Assembly (NCBI GenBank): GCA_963669295.1
Contig: OY769938.1
Coordinates: forward strand, 173,533 to 237,532
Direction of reading: 5' to 3'
Length of the DNA stretch: 64,000 nucleotides
DNA from: Flavobacteriales bacterium
GTDB lineage: Bacteria; Bacteroidota; Bacteroidia; Flavobacteriales_D; CALLUQ01
Position 1 is the first letter of the stretch. The number at the start of each line of letters is the position of its first letter. The notes under the pieces were generated by a model. That model saw only the letters and a list, made by a program, of their open reading frames with translations, made no database searches and was not told the origin of the DNA. Shown one piece after another: positions 38,916 through 47,731 of this stretch. The translations under genes were made by a program, and so were the position numbers.

Positions 38916-39035
38916 TGTCATCCTGAGCAGCTTGCCCTGAGTATCTGAGTGTTCAGACCGACCAACGGGAGCGGCTGAATGTATCCCTGCCCGACGGCAG
39001 GCGGGGAAGATCGAAGGGAAATATGAAGCGAAAGG
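38916..39035. repeat. nested REP-like elements
   Basis: GTCATCCTGAGC, CCCTGAG..TCGAAGGG, TCTGAGTG..TGTATC/GAAGA layers and a 20-bp palindromic insert. Confidence 0.65.
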
Positions 39036-39166
39036 TATGTGGATGAACTTCGTTGATCCGTCATCATCTTAAACGGTGCTCAAGCTTCAAAACCCCGCTG
39101 CTTTGCAGCGATAGTTTTTTTGTGCCCTAACGTTCACTCGAACAAGTTCGGCTCACTTTCGGGCAC

Positions 39167-39195
39167 AAAAAAACCTCGACTTTCGTCGAGGTTTT
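39167..39195 (-). terminator. terminator of tRNA-His, within a larger branched inverted repeat (39085-39199)
   Basis: AAAACCTCGAC-GAAA-GTCGAGGTTTTTTT on the minus strand. Confidence 0.75.
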
Positions 39196-39204
39196 GAAGT
39201 CTTG

Positions 39205-39279
39205 GGTGGATGATGGGATTCGAACCCACGACCCCCGGCACCACAAACCAGTGCTCTAACCAACTGAGCTACATCCACC
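39205..39279 (-). tRNA. tRNA-His (GTG)
   Basis: G-1 plus GTGGATG/CATCCAC acceptor stem, TAGCTCAGTTGGTTAGAGC D-arm, TTGTGGT anticodon loop, GGTTCGAATCC T-arm; CCA not fully encoded; TATATTTG promoter at 39293-39300. Confidence 0.96.
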
Positions 39280-39361
39280 GTAATGAGGGCGACAAATATA
39301 AAAAACTTTCTCCAATATCTGCAAGCGTATCGCACTCCTTTATTTGTAATTTTGTACCCAA

Positions 39362-41482
39362 ATGAGTAAGTCGAAAAACATTACGCTGAATGTGGAGGGA
39401 ATGACGTGCAACAATTGCGCGTTAGGAGTGACTAAAAAGTTGGAAAAAATGGGGCTACAACAGGTCAACACCAGCTTTGCTACCGGAGAAGTATCGTTTA
39501 CTCCCAACACCAAAATTTCGATCGAAAATGTGGCCAATGCCATCAATGGTTTAGGCTTTAAAGTGGTAGACGACCCCGACCAACACCAGGGGCTTTCCGC
39601 CATTGAAAAAAAGTTTTACTTCTCCCTCATCTTTACCATTCCGTTGTTTTTACACATGTTCTTCCCCCACTCGGCATGGATCAATCACCCCATCGTACAA
39701 GTCGTCCTCTGCACCCCCGTTTTTTTACTCGGGTGCTGGCATTTTGGCCGCAGTGCACTGGGCGGACTTAAAAGTGGCGTGGCCAACATGGATGTACTCA
39801 TCTTTATTGGCTCCACCGCAGCTTTTGGATACAGCCTTGCCGGCACCATTATGCATTACAACACCGATGCTGCCCACAACTACATGTTCTTCGAAACCAC
39901 CGCCACCATCATTACCCTCGTACTGCTCGGCAATGTGCTGGAACACCGCTCCGTGAATCAAACCACCACCGCCATCAAAGAGCTTACCCAGCTACAACAA
40001 ACACACGCCCACCGGGTTACCACCATTGACGGCACCGAAAAAATAGAAGACATTGATGCCGGTGATGTGAAGCTCAATGACACCCTGCTCATCAATACCG
40101 GCGACCAGGTGCCCACCGATGGTACTATCATTTCGGGCGAAGCTACATTGGATGAAGCCATGATTTCAGGCGAAAGCATTCCAGTACACAAACAACAAGG
40201 CGATGAAGTTATTGGCGGCACCATCTTGCTCGAAGGATCGATACGCATACAAGTTACCCGCATAGGCAGCGATACCGTATTGGCAAAAATCATTGCATTG
40301 GTAAAAACAGCCCAACAAGACAAGCCCCCTATTCAACAATTGGGCGACAAGGTGAGCAGCATTTTTGTGCCCACCGTACTTGGGTTATCGGCCCTTACAT
40401 TTGCCCTCTCCTACTGGGTATTCGACCTTGCCCTGCAAAACGCATTGATGCACAGCATTGCCGTATTGGTCATCTCCTGTCCGTGTGCCATGGGACTGGC
40501 TACACCTACTGCTGTGATTGCCGGCATAGGGCGTGCTGCCAAAAAAGGCATCCTTATTAAAGGGGGCAGCACCCTCGAAGAATTTGCCAACGTACAAACA
40601 GTAGTGTTCGACAAAACAGGTACCCTTACCACCGGGCAGTTTCAATTGCAGCAACTGGAAGTACTGGAAGGAAAAGACGAACAATGGGTGCGCCAACTTA
40701 TATACAGCATCGAACAACATTCGGCACATCCCATTGCCCGATCGTTGGTAAAAGCCCTGGATGGCACTCCACTTATTGCACTGGAAAACATTAGCGAAAT
40801 AAAGGGCAAAGGACTACAAGCCACCAGCGATGGCAATACCTATTTGCTGGGTTCGGATAAACTGGCTACTACCAACGTGGAAAGCAACCCCAATCAATTA
40901 CTGCTGTTTGAAAACAATACCCTCATTGCCAAAATAACGGTAGAAGATGAAGTAAAACCAGGGGCTAAAGCCTTAATGGATGCATTGCATCGAGAAGGAA
41001 AAACCACCGTGATGCTGAGTGGCGACCGCAAAGAAAAATGTGAAAAGCTGGCACAAGAGCTGGGCATTGCCACCGTGCATGCTGAAAAGCTGCCCGAAGA
41101 AAAGCTAGCCATCATTGAGCAACTTAGTGCCAACAGTAAAACCGCTATGATTGGCGATGGCATTAACGATGCCCCCGCACTGGCGAAAGCGCACGTAGGA
41201 CTATCGTTAGGCGATGCCACCCAGGTAGCCATACACTCGGCACAAATTGTACTGCTCAACGGCAAAGACCTCAACGCTGTTACTGCTGCGCTACTGGTAA
41301 GCAAACACACCCTAAAAACCATCAAGCAAAACCTTTTTTGGGCCTTCTTTTACAACGTGGTAGCGATTCCGGTAGCGGCTGTTGGACTGCTTAACCCCAT
41401 GGTGGCCGCATTGGCCATGGCCTTCTCTGATGTAATCGTGATTGGCAACTCCATTCGTTTAAAAACTAAAAAATTGACCTGA
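39362..41482 (+). CDS. copA: Cu(I)-type heavy-metal P1B ATPase
   Basis: HMA GMTCNNC, SGES, CPCAMGLATP, DKTGTLT, HP, GDGINDAP, FYN and MAFSD; TAATTTTG promoter at 39347. Confidence 0.88.
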   Translation: MSKSKNITLNVEGMTCNNCALGVTKKLEKMGLQQVNTSFATGEVSFTPNTKISIENVANAINGLGFKVVDDPDQHQGLSAIEKKFYFSLIFTIPLFLHMFFPHSAWINHPIVQVVLCTPVFLLGCWHFGRSALGGLKSGVANMDVLIFIGSTAAFGYSLAGTIMHYNTDAAHNYMFFETTATIITLVLLGNVLEHRSVNQTTTAIKELTQLQQTHAHRVTTIDGTEKIEDIDAGDVKLNDTLLINTGDQVPTDGTIISGEATLDEAMISGESIPVHKQQGDEVIGGTILLEGSIRIQVTRIGSDTVLAKIIALVKTAQQDKPPIQQLGDKVSSIFVPTVLGLSALTFALSYWVFDLALQNALMHSIAVLVISCPCAMGLATPTAVIAGIGRAAKKGILIKGGSTLEEFANVQTVVFDKTGTLTTGQFQLQQLEVLEGKDEQWVRQLIYSIEQHSAHPIARSLVKALDGTPLIALENISEIKGKGLQATSDGNTYLLGSDKLATTNVESNPNQLLLFENNTLIAKITVEDEVKPGAKALMDALHREGKTTVMLSGDRKEKCEKLAQELGIATVHAEKLPEEKLAIIEQLSANSKTAMIGDGINDAPALAKAHVGLSLGDATQVAIHSAQIVLLNGKDLNAVTAALLVSKHTLKTIKQNLFWAFFYNVVAIPVAAVGLLNPMVAALAMAFSDVIVIGNSIRLKTKKLT

Positions 41483-41925
41483 TGCTAGTGCTGCGTGCAA
41501 TGACCCCTGAAGAGCAATCGTTGTTTCAACCCCTATCGTTAGAACACTATGCCCAGGAAATGGCCAGCAACTACAATGCCCCCATCGAAGAAATGCGTAT
41601 AGAAGCACAAAAAGAAGCAGAAAAGGCGCAAATGCAAAATGCACAATTCCTCTCCATTGTAGCCAACAACCAGGTATTGGGTGGGCTGATGTACCTCATC
41701 AACGAATCGCGCCAATCAGCCTTCCTGCTCGAAATATTTGTGTACAAAGAATACAGGGGCAAAGGCTGGGGAAAAAAAGCATTGCAAACCTTCGAGCAGC
41801 AGCTTAAAGCAGCAGGAATTAAGCAATTGCGCTTTAACGTATTTAACGACAATTGGACCGCCAAAAACCTGTACACCAGCCTCAACTACGAAATTACCAA
41901 CATCATGATGCAGAAGGAGTTGTAG
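41482..41925 (+). CDS. GNAT N-acetyltransferase
   Basis: IFVYKEYRGKGWGK; NVFNDN..AKNLY..LNY. Confidence 0.88.
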   Translation: MLVLRAMTPEEQSLFQPLSLEHYAQEMASNYNAPIEEMRIEAQKEAEKAQMQNAQFLSIVANNQVLGGLMYLINESRQSAFLLEIFVYKEYRGKGWGKKALQTFEQQLKAAGIKQLRFNVFNDNWTAKNLYTSLNYEITNIMMQKEL

Positions 41926-41958
41926 CCCTTTCCAACGAAAATTACCATCTTTATCCCC

Positions 41959-42522
41959 ATGAAACTCATTTGGTGCATTGTATTGTTATTCCCCTTCGCC
42001 ATTTTTGTGCAAGCTGCTCAGGCTCATTTGGAAGAACGCATCGATGCCCAACGTCGCAACGATTTGAAGTTTCAGTTTGCCCAGGAATTGAGCCACAATA
42101 AAAAGGTAACGCTCAACATTAGTGGAAAGGAATTACGCAGAAAAGGAAAGGTATATGTGTTGCACTACCTCTACCAACCTTCCACCAACACCAATGCTCA
42201 ACTTTGCAGCAGCATATTTTTAGCTGAAGATGGAACAATAGTAGTTCCTTGTGCCCTTCCCAACTCACAAAAGTTTACAGAAAAACAAGCCCTCATCGAT
42301 GTGGGCACAGCACAAACCATAGCCGACTCCGTTGCCTTTGGCAGTACCATTAACCACCACTTGCTCAAATGCATTATGCCCAACAATCAGCAGCGGGGCA
42401 GCATCCTGGCCTGGGCCTTTAAGAAAAAACAATTCTCCGACCGGGGCTCGTATTACGACATCATTTACATCAATGCCCACAACGGCACCTACGTAAGAAC
42501 AGAACAGGAGAAAAAGCAATAA
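41959..42522 (+). CDS. exported hypothetical protein
   Basis: signal peptide; C-terminal YINAHNG (PepSY-like end). Confidence 0.65.
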   Translation: MKLIWCIVLLFPFAIFVQAAQAHLEERIDAQRRNDLKFQFAQELSHNKKVTLNISGKELRRKGKVYVLHYLYQPSTNTNAQLCSSIFLAEDGTIVVPCALPNSQKFTEKQALIDVGTAQTIADSVAFGSTINHHLLKCIMPNNQQRGSILAWAFKKKQFSDRGSYYDIIYINAHNGTYVRTEQEKKQ

Positions 42523-42586
42523 CCTACCTTAATCCCCTTACATTTCCCATCATCCCCAGCTCCAATAACTACCAGGGTGCTAAAGC

Positions 42587-42628
42587 CCATTCCACATTTA
42601 CCATTCAACATTTGCTATTGTCCATCCA
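42587..42628 (+). repeat. 7-nt periodic microrepeat (CCATTYC/ACATTTR)
   Basis: CCATTCC ACATTTA CCATTCA ACATTTG CTATTGT CCATCCA. Confidence 0.75.
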
Positions 42629-42638
42629 TCATTCCCTT

Positions 42639-42855
42639 TTGCGTTAGGGATTGTAGCGACTATCCGTTATGGCCGGCTGCGAAAAAGCTTGTTATCAGGG
42701 TGGGGCGACAGCAGGAGCCACTCCATGGTTTACAAGGTTAGCAATGGCCATAGCGATAACAGCGAAAAGCCCGACCCCAACCTATGTCTGAGTGATTAAC
42801 TGAGCCTTTTGGCGAAGTTAATTGTATCGAAGACCAGGTGTTGGGGAAACGCCCA
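42639..42855 (+). ncRNA. Flavo-1-like structured RNA motif with long inserted stems
   Basis: GCGTTAGGGATTGTAGCG..TATC ... GATAACAGCGAAAAGCCCGACC ... GGAAACGCCC framework, as I recall it for Flavo-1; not checked against Rfam. Confidence 0.6.
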
Positions 42856-42994
42856 TATTATTCATTAACAATAAAAAGCATCATTAGCTTGCTTCGTCGT
42901 TGCTTTACTCCTCCTCGCAATGATGGTTACCATAATCGAAATGCCGCTTAGCATATCTCTTACCCTCTCTATACATTCCCTTCCCCCTTGTTCT

Positions 42995-43057
42995 CCATCC
43001 ACCATTTCACATTTACCATTCCACATTTGCCATTTCACATTGTCCATCTAACATTCC
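42995..43057 (+). repeat. 7-nt periodic microrepeat, second tract
   Basis: CCATCCA CCATTTC ACATTTA CCATTCC ACATTTG CCATTTC ACATTGT CCATCTA ACATTCC. Confidence 0.8.
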
Positions 43058-43107
43058 CCTGACCACCATCATTCTTCAAATCATTTAATTTTGTTTCTTT
43101 GCACCGC

Positions 43108-44274
43108 ATGAGTAACCCAATTCAAAAAGTACTGTTCCTACCCAAGTGGTATCCTGACAAATACGACAAGCAATTTGGTGTTTTCTTGCAAAAGCATGCC
43201 AAAGCGGTTTCGTTGTACGCCAAGGTTGCGGTACTCTATGTAACCCCCGATCCTGAGCTAAAAGACAAAGACTTTGAAGTAGTTGAAACTACTGAAAATG
43301 GTATACTGGAAGTTATTGTTTACTACAACAAGAGCAACGCCAGCAGCAACTTTACACGCAAATTCACCAACCTACGTCGTTACCTCAAAGGCAACCGCAT
43401 AGGAATGAAAATCATCAAAGAGAAATTTGGTACGCCCGACATCAACCACGTTAACATTCTAAGCCGGCCTGGAGCCATCGCCTTAAAAATGAAGTGGTTC
43501 AAAGGCATTCCTTATGTCATTACCGAGCAGTGGACAGGTTACGGCTCTAACAAATTTGCCAAAAAAAGCGGGTTAGAAAAGTACATCAGCAGGCTCATTG
43601 GTAAAAATGCCAAAGCCATCCTTACTGTTTCCAACAGCTTAAAAGGGCACATGGAACGCCATGGCTTTCGCAACCGCTTCGTCATTATTCGCAACATCAT
43701 CGAATCGATTGACACCAAAGGGTTGGAAAAGCCCAATGATGGGAAGGTACGCATGCTCAACATTTCTGACCTCGACGACGAAAAAAAGAACGTGAGTGGC
43801 ATCATTAACACCTTTACCAAAGTTGCCGCAAACAATAAAAACATTGAATTGCACATTATAGGAGGAGGTGACGACGAACCCATGTTGCGCGAATTGGCCA
43901 AAAGCACAGGATTGAACGACACACAAATCTTTATGTATGGCCGAAAGTTCAACGACTTTGTGTACGAACTCATGCCCAAAATGGACTTCTACATCACCAA
44001 CAGTAATTTTGAAACGTTTTCGGTAGCTACGGCAGAAGCGTTGGTGAATGGCAAGCCGGTGATTGTAACACGCTGTGGTGGCCCCGAAGAATTTGTGGAG
44101 GAAGAAGTAGGGCTGGTGATTGATAAAAGCAACGATGAGCAACTGGAAGAGGCCATGCGCTACATGATTGAAAACTATGGCAATTATGCGCCAGAAGCAT
44201 TATCGGAGTACGCCAAAAACCGTTTCAGCTACGAAAAGGTAGGACAACACTTTATGGAGATATACGCCTCCTAA
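43108..44274 (+). CDS. glycosyltransferase family 4
   Basis: WYP...GVF, S.FETFSVATAEAL..GKPVIVTRCGGPEE. Confidence 0.92.
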   Translation: MSNPIQKVLFLPKWYPDKYDKQFGVFLQKHAKAVSLYAKVAVLYVTPDPELKDKDFEVVETTENGILEVIVYYNKSNASSNFTRKFTNLRRYLKGNRIGMKIIKEKFGTPDINHVNILSRPGAIALKMKWFKGIPYVITEQWTGYGSNKFAKKSGLEKYISRLIGKNAKAILTVSNSLKGHMERHGFRNRFVIIRNIIESIDTKGLEKPNDGKVRMLNISDLDDEKKNVSGIINTFTKVAANNKNIELHIIGGGDDEPMLRELAKSTGLNDTQIFMYGRKFNDFVYELMPKMDFYITNSNFETFSVATAEALVNGKPVIVTRCGGPEEFVEEEVGLVIDKSNDEQLEEAMRYMIENYGNYAPEALSEYAKNRFSYEKVGQHFMEIYAS

Positions 44275-44284
44275 CCCATGAATC

Positions 44285-45631
44285 ATGCTTCGGCAGATTT
44301 TGCATAAACTCATCGGAAAATCCGACGACAACTCTTCCAAAGGAATTGCTGTAAAGTCGCTTACCTCATTCAGCATGACGGTAGCCTCTACTGGATTGGC
44401 CTTTGTGATTGGGCTGGTACTCACCCACCTGCTGGGCGACCCTAAGCTTTATGGCGATTACGTATGGGCCTTTTCGTGGGTTAACCTGCTGGTACTGCTT
44501 TCCTTGCTTGGTTTCGACAAACTGGTGGTGCGCGAGTTTCCTAAATTGCGCAAAGAAGAAAAGTGGGGTGCCTTAAAAGGAGTATACCGTTGGTCGGGCA
44601 GCATTGTGTTTTTGTTCGCGGTATTGCTTGCCCTTGCTGCTTATGGCGTTTCGCTGTTGCCGCTAAAAGCATTTGCCGATACCAACACCCGCACCGCCTT
44701 TCAACTGGCCATCATTGCCATTCCCATTTATGCCCTATCGCAACACCGCATGGCTGCCCTTGTTGGCATTAAACAAGTAGTATTGGGGCAATTTCCCGAA
44801 AAAATTGTGCGCCCCGGAACCATGCTATTGGCCACCACTATACTTTACCTGGTAGCCAAACAATTGAACATCTCCTCTGCGGTATTGTTAAACCTCGGTG
44901 CCATTGGCATCACCTTTGTTTTTGGACAATGGCTACTATCACGCTACCTTAAAAAGCACCAGTCGGAGCCTACCAGTAAAGCCACCCGCAACATGCTACT
45001 AATGGCTACCATTCCGCTATGGATGTTCAACATCTCTGGTGCCATTCACTCTAAAGCCGACATCTTAATGTTAGGGTCGTTGATGGACACCACACGCGAG
45101 GCGGGCATTTACCACATTGCCTTTACCCTCACTACCATGGTGAACTTTATTCTCATTGCCTTCAACACCGTATTGGCACCCTCCATTTCCGAACTATCGT
45201 CGAAAGAAAAATACAAAGAGCTGCAAACCGTATTGGTAAAATCAGCCCGCATCATATTGCTGCTTTCCATTCCTATTAGTTTAACCCTCATCTTTGGGCG
45301 TAATTTTTTCCTGGGTTTATTTGGAACCGACTATACCGAGGGAGGCACTGCCCTTATCATTCTTTGTGTGGCACAACTGGTAAATGTGCTTACCGCTTCG
45401 GTAGGCAATGTGCTCATTATGACCAGGCATGTAAAATGGGCATTGGCAGGGCTGTGGATAGGGCTAACTGCCAACCTCATTCTCAATGCTGTATTGATTC
45501 CTAAATACGGTATGGAAGGTGCAGCATGGGCTACTGGCATAGGCATAGTGTGTAACAATGTATCCATGCTTATCTTTGTATTGGTGAAACTGAAGATCAA
45601 CCCCACAGCCTTTGGAAAAACCTACAAATAA
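44285..45631 (+). CDS. Wzx polysaccharide flippase
   Basis: multi-TM protein; YGDY, ADILMLG, GIYHIA, NLILNAVLIPKYGMEGAAWAT. Confidence 0.9.
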   Translation: MLRQILHKLIGKSDDNSSKGIAVKSLTSFSMTVASTGLAFVIGLVLTHLLGDPKLYGDYVWAFSWVNLLVLLSLLGFDKLVVREFPKLRKEEKWGALKGVYRWSGSIVFLFAVLLALAAYGVSLLPLKAFADTNTRTAFQLAIIAIPIYALSQHRMAALVGIKQVVLGQFPEKIVRPGTMLLATTILYLVAKQLNISSAVLLNLGAIGITFVFGQWLLSRYLKKHQSEPTSKATRNMLLMATIPLWMFNISGAIHSKADILMLGSLMDTTREAGIYHIAFTLTTMVNFILIAFNTVLAPSISELSSKEKYKELQTVLVKSARIILLLSIPISLTLIFGRNFFLGLFGTDYTEGGTALIILCVAQLVNVLTASVGNVLIMTRHVKWALAGLWIGLTANLILNAVLIPKYGMEGAAWATGIGIVCNNVSMLIFVLVKLKINPTAFGKTYK

Positions 45632-46526
45632 CACCCTCGGCTTTTACATTGTTGGCGCTCCCAAATGCGGCACCACTGCCATGAACGAATACCTGGGGCG
45701 CCACCCCGAAATACACATGCTGCCCAAAGAACTGCATTACTGGGGCAGCGACTTGCAATACATGTACCCAAGGATTACGAAAAACGACTACCAACAACAC
45801 TTGCAAGAAGCACCGGCAGGGCAACTGATAGGCGAAGGAGCAGTATGGTACCTTTACTCTGAAAAAGCGGCCAGCGAATTGAAAGCCTACACCCCCAATG
45901 CTAAAATCATCATCATGCTACGGCACCCTGTAGCTGCCATCCACGCCCTGCACAGCCAAATGGTATACACCGGTAACGAGCCTGAAGAAACGTTGAGCAA
46001 TGCATTAGAACTGGAAGTTGCACGTAAAAATGGCAAACACATTCCCGAACACTACTACTGTCCGCTACAAGGATTGTGGTACCAATCGGTATATCAATAC
46101 ACACCACAAGTGCAACGGTACCTCGAGGTATTCGGACGCGAGCAAGTGCACTTCATCTTCCACCACCAAATGAAAGCCAATATGGCCGAAGTATACCGCA
46201 ATGCTTTAACATTCTTAGGAGTGAACCCAGAGTTCACCACCGAATTCAACACCATTAACCCCAACCAAAGCACCAAAAACAAAACGTTGCGCAACTTTAC
46301 CCTTACCCCCTCTAAAACCGCTAAATCAATTGTAAAAGCTGTGATCCCTTCCAAAAAAATGCGTGAAAAGATTAAGGGGAAAGTATGGGACATCAACACC
46401 AAAGCGGAAGAACGCACTCCGATGGATGAAGCATTGCAACAACAATTGGAAGCCGCTTGTACCAACGACATTCAGCAACTGGAAGCCTTGCTTGATATGG
46501 ATTTGGGATGGACTACTTCAGCGTAG
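45612..46526 (+). CDS. PAPS-dependent sulfotransferase
   Basis: IVGAPKCGTTA..EYL..HP.I...KE; KIIIMLRHP; TTG start overlaps wzx. Confidence 0.9.
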   Translation: MEKPTNNTLGFYIVGAPKCGTTAMNEYLGRHPEIHMLPKELHYWGSDLQYMYPRITKNDYQQHLQEAPAGQLIGEGAVWYLYSEKAASELKAYTPNAKIIIMLRHPVAAIHALHSQMVYTGNEPEETLSNALELEVARKNGKHIPEHYYCPLQGLWYQSVYQYTPQVQRYLEVFGREQVHFIFHHQMKANMAEVYRNALTFLGVNPEFTTEFNTINPNQSTKNKTLRNFTLTPSKTAKSIVKAVIPSKKMREKIKGKVWDINTKAEERTPMDEALQQQLEAACTNDIQQLEALLDMDLGWTTSA

Positions 46527-47238
46527 TCAGGTCATCTACTCCCAGGGTACGTTCTACCGTATACCCTTCGCCATAAGGGGCATTAATTAACCGTCCGTAC
46601 TGACTACTTCGTCCTTTAATGAACTCCAAAAACTCGGGGCTTGAAATGGGCGTATGTGGCTCACTGCTCTTAGGATCGTAAAATTGCGACTTGTACGCCA
46701 AAATCACTTCCATCTTTTTGCCAAAATACTCGGTGATGTCAACAATAAGATCGGGCTTACAATAGCGGTCCTGGATGTAATGATAAATAGCTTTAGGACG
46801 CCAGTGCTCTTGTGCCTGCCCTTCCCACTCAGTTTCGATGCGTACCAGCCCTGAAAGAAAACAAGCATCAGCAACCAACTTCGATCCCTTGCCATGATCG
46901 GGGTGTCGGTCGGCCACAGCATTGCACAACACTATATCGGGTTTAAACCGACGTACCTGCTGAATAATCTCTAACTGATTGGCCTTGTTGTACTCGAAAA
47001 AGCCATCGGCCATTTCAAGGTTCACCCGCACTTTTAACCCCATCAACTTGGCCGCCATTTGTGCCTCTTGCAATCGAATTTCAGCACTCCCTCGCGAACC
47101 CAATTCACCGCGGGTTAAATCAACTATCCCTACCGCTTTGCCTTGTGCTACATGCTTTACAATAGTACCCGCACACGACAACTCTACATCATCGGGGTGT
47201 GCTCCAAAAGCCAATATATCCAATTTTACTTCACTCAT
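46513..47238 (-). CDS. bshB1: bacillithiol biosynthesis deacetylase BshB1
   Basis: DILAFGAHPDDVELSCAG, DLTRGELGSRG, DRHPDH, YKSQF. Confidence 0.92.
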   Translation of the reverse strand: MSEVKLDILAFGAHPDDVELSCAGTIVKHVAQGKAVGIVDLTRGELGSRGSAEIRLQEAQMAAKLMGLKVRVNLEMADGFFEYNKANQLEIIQQVRRFKPDIVLCNAVADRHPDHGKGSKLVADACFLSGLVRIETEWEGQAQEHWRPKAIYHYIQDRYCKPDLIVDITEYFGKKMEVILAYKSQFYDPKSSEPHTPISSPEFLEFIKGRSSQYGRLINAPYGEGYTVERTLGVDDLTTLK

Positions 47239-47702
47239 AACGTGTCATTATTGATCCAGTTGATAATACTTTCATCGATGGGCAGTACATCGGGCGAAAC
47301 GCTACGCACTACCTGCCCGGCTTCATCCACCAAAAATTTTTGGAAGTTCCACACCACCTCCACTCCGGTGGCAGTGGTAAGCCATTGATACAATGGATGT
47401 GCTTCCTCCCCTTTTACTGCGATCTTTTCCATCATGGGAAACGTTACCCCATAATTGCGCTGGCAAAAGGCAGCCACCTCATGGTTCGTACCCGGCTCCT
47501 GTGCTCCAAAATCATTGCAAGGAAAACCGATGATTTCCAACTGCTCATGGTAGGCATCATACAATTCTTGTAAGTGTTGGTATTGTGGGGTAAAACCACA
47601 TTCAGATGCCGTATTCACCACCATCACTTTTTTTCCTTTTAATGTCGATAAATCAAGGGGTGTTCCATCAATAGAACGAACGGTAAAGTCGTGCAGTGCC
47701 AT
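47235..47702 (-). CDS. glutathione peroxidase family protein
   Basis: VNTASECGFTPQY, GFPCNDFGAQEPG, WNFQKFLVD. Confidence 0.93.
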   Translation of the reverse strand: MALHDFTVRSIDGTPLDLSTLKGKKVMVVNTASECGFTPQYQHLQELYDAYHEQLEIIGFPCNDFGAQEPGTNHEVAAFCQRNYGVTFPMMEKIAVKGEEAHPLYQWLTTATGVEVVWNFQKFLVDEAGQVVRSVSPDVLPIDESIINWINNDTL

Positions 47703-47731
47703 GCGTTAAAGTTAATGATTTCAAAAAAAAA

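Noticed and set aside
42787-42833. CTGAG...CGAAG elements as hammerhead ribozymes
   Set aside because: They lack the CUGANGA and GAAA core; a REP-like hairpin fits better.
46513-47702. Bacillithiol gene in a Gram-negative genome
   Set aside because: bsh genes are already known in Bacteroidota.
47235-47702. Glutathione peroxidase as a selenoprotein
   Set aside because: The active site is encoded as Cys (SECG) with no in-frame TGA.
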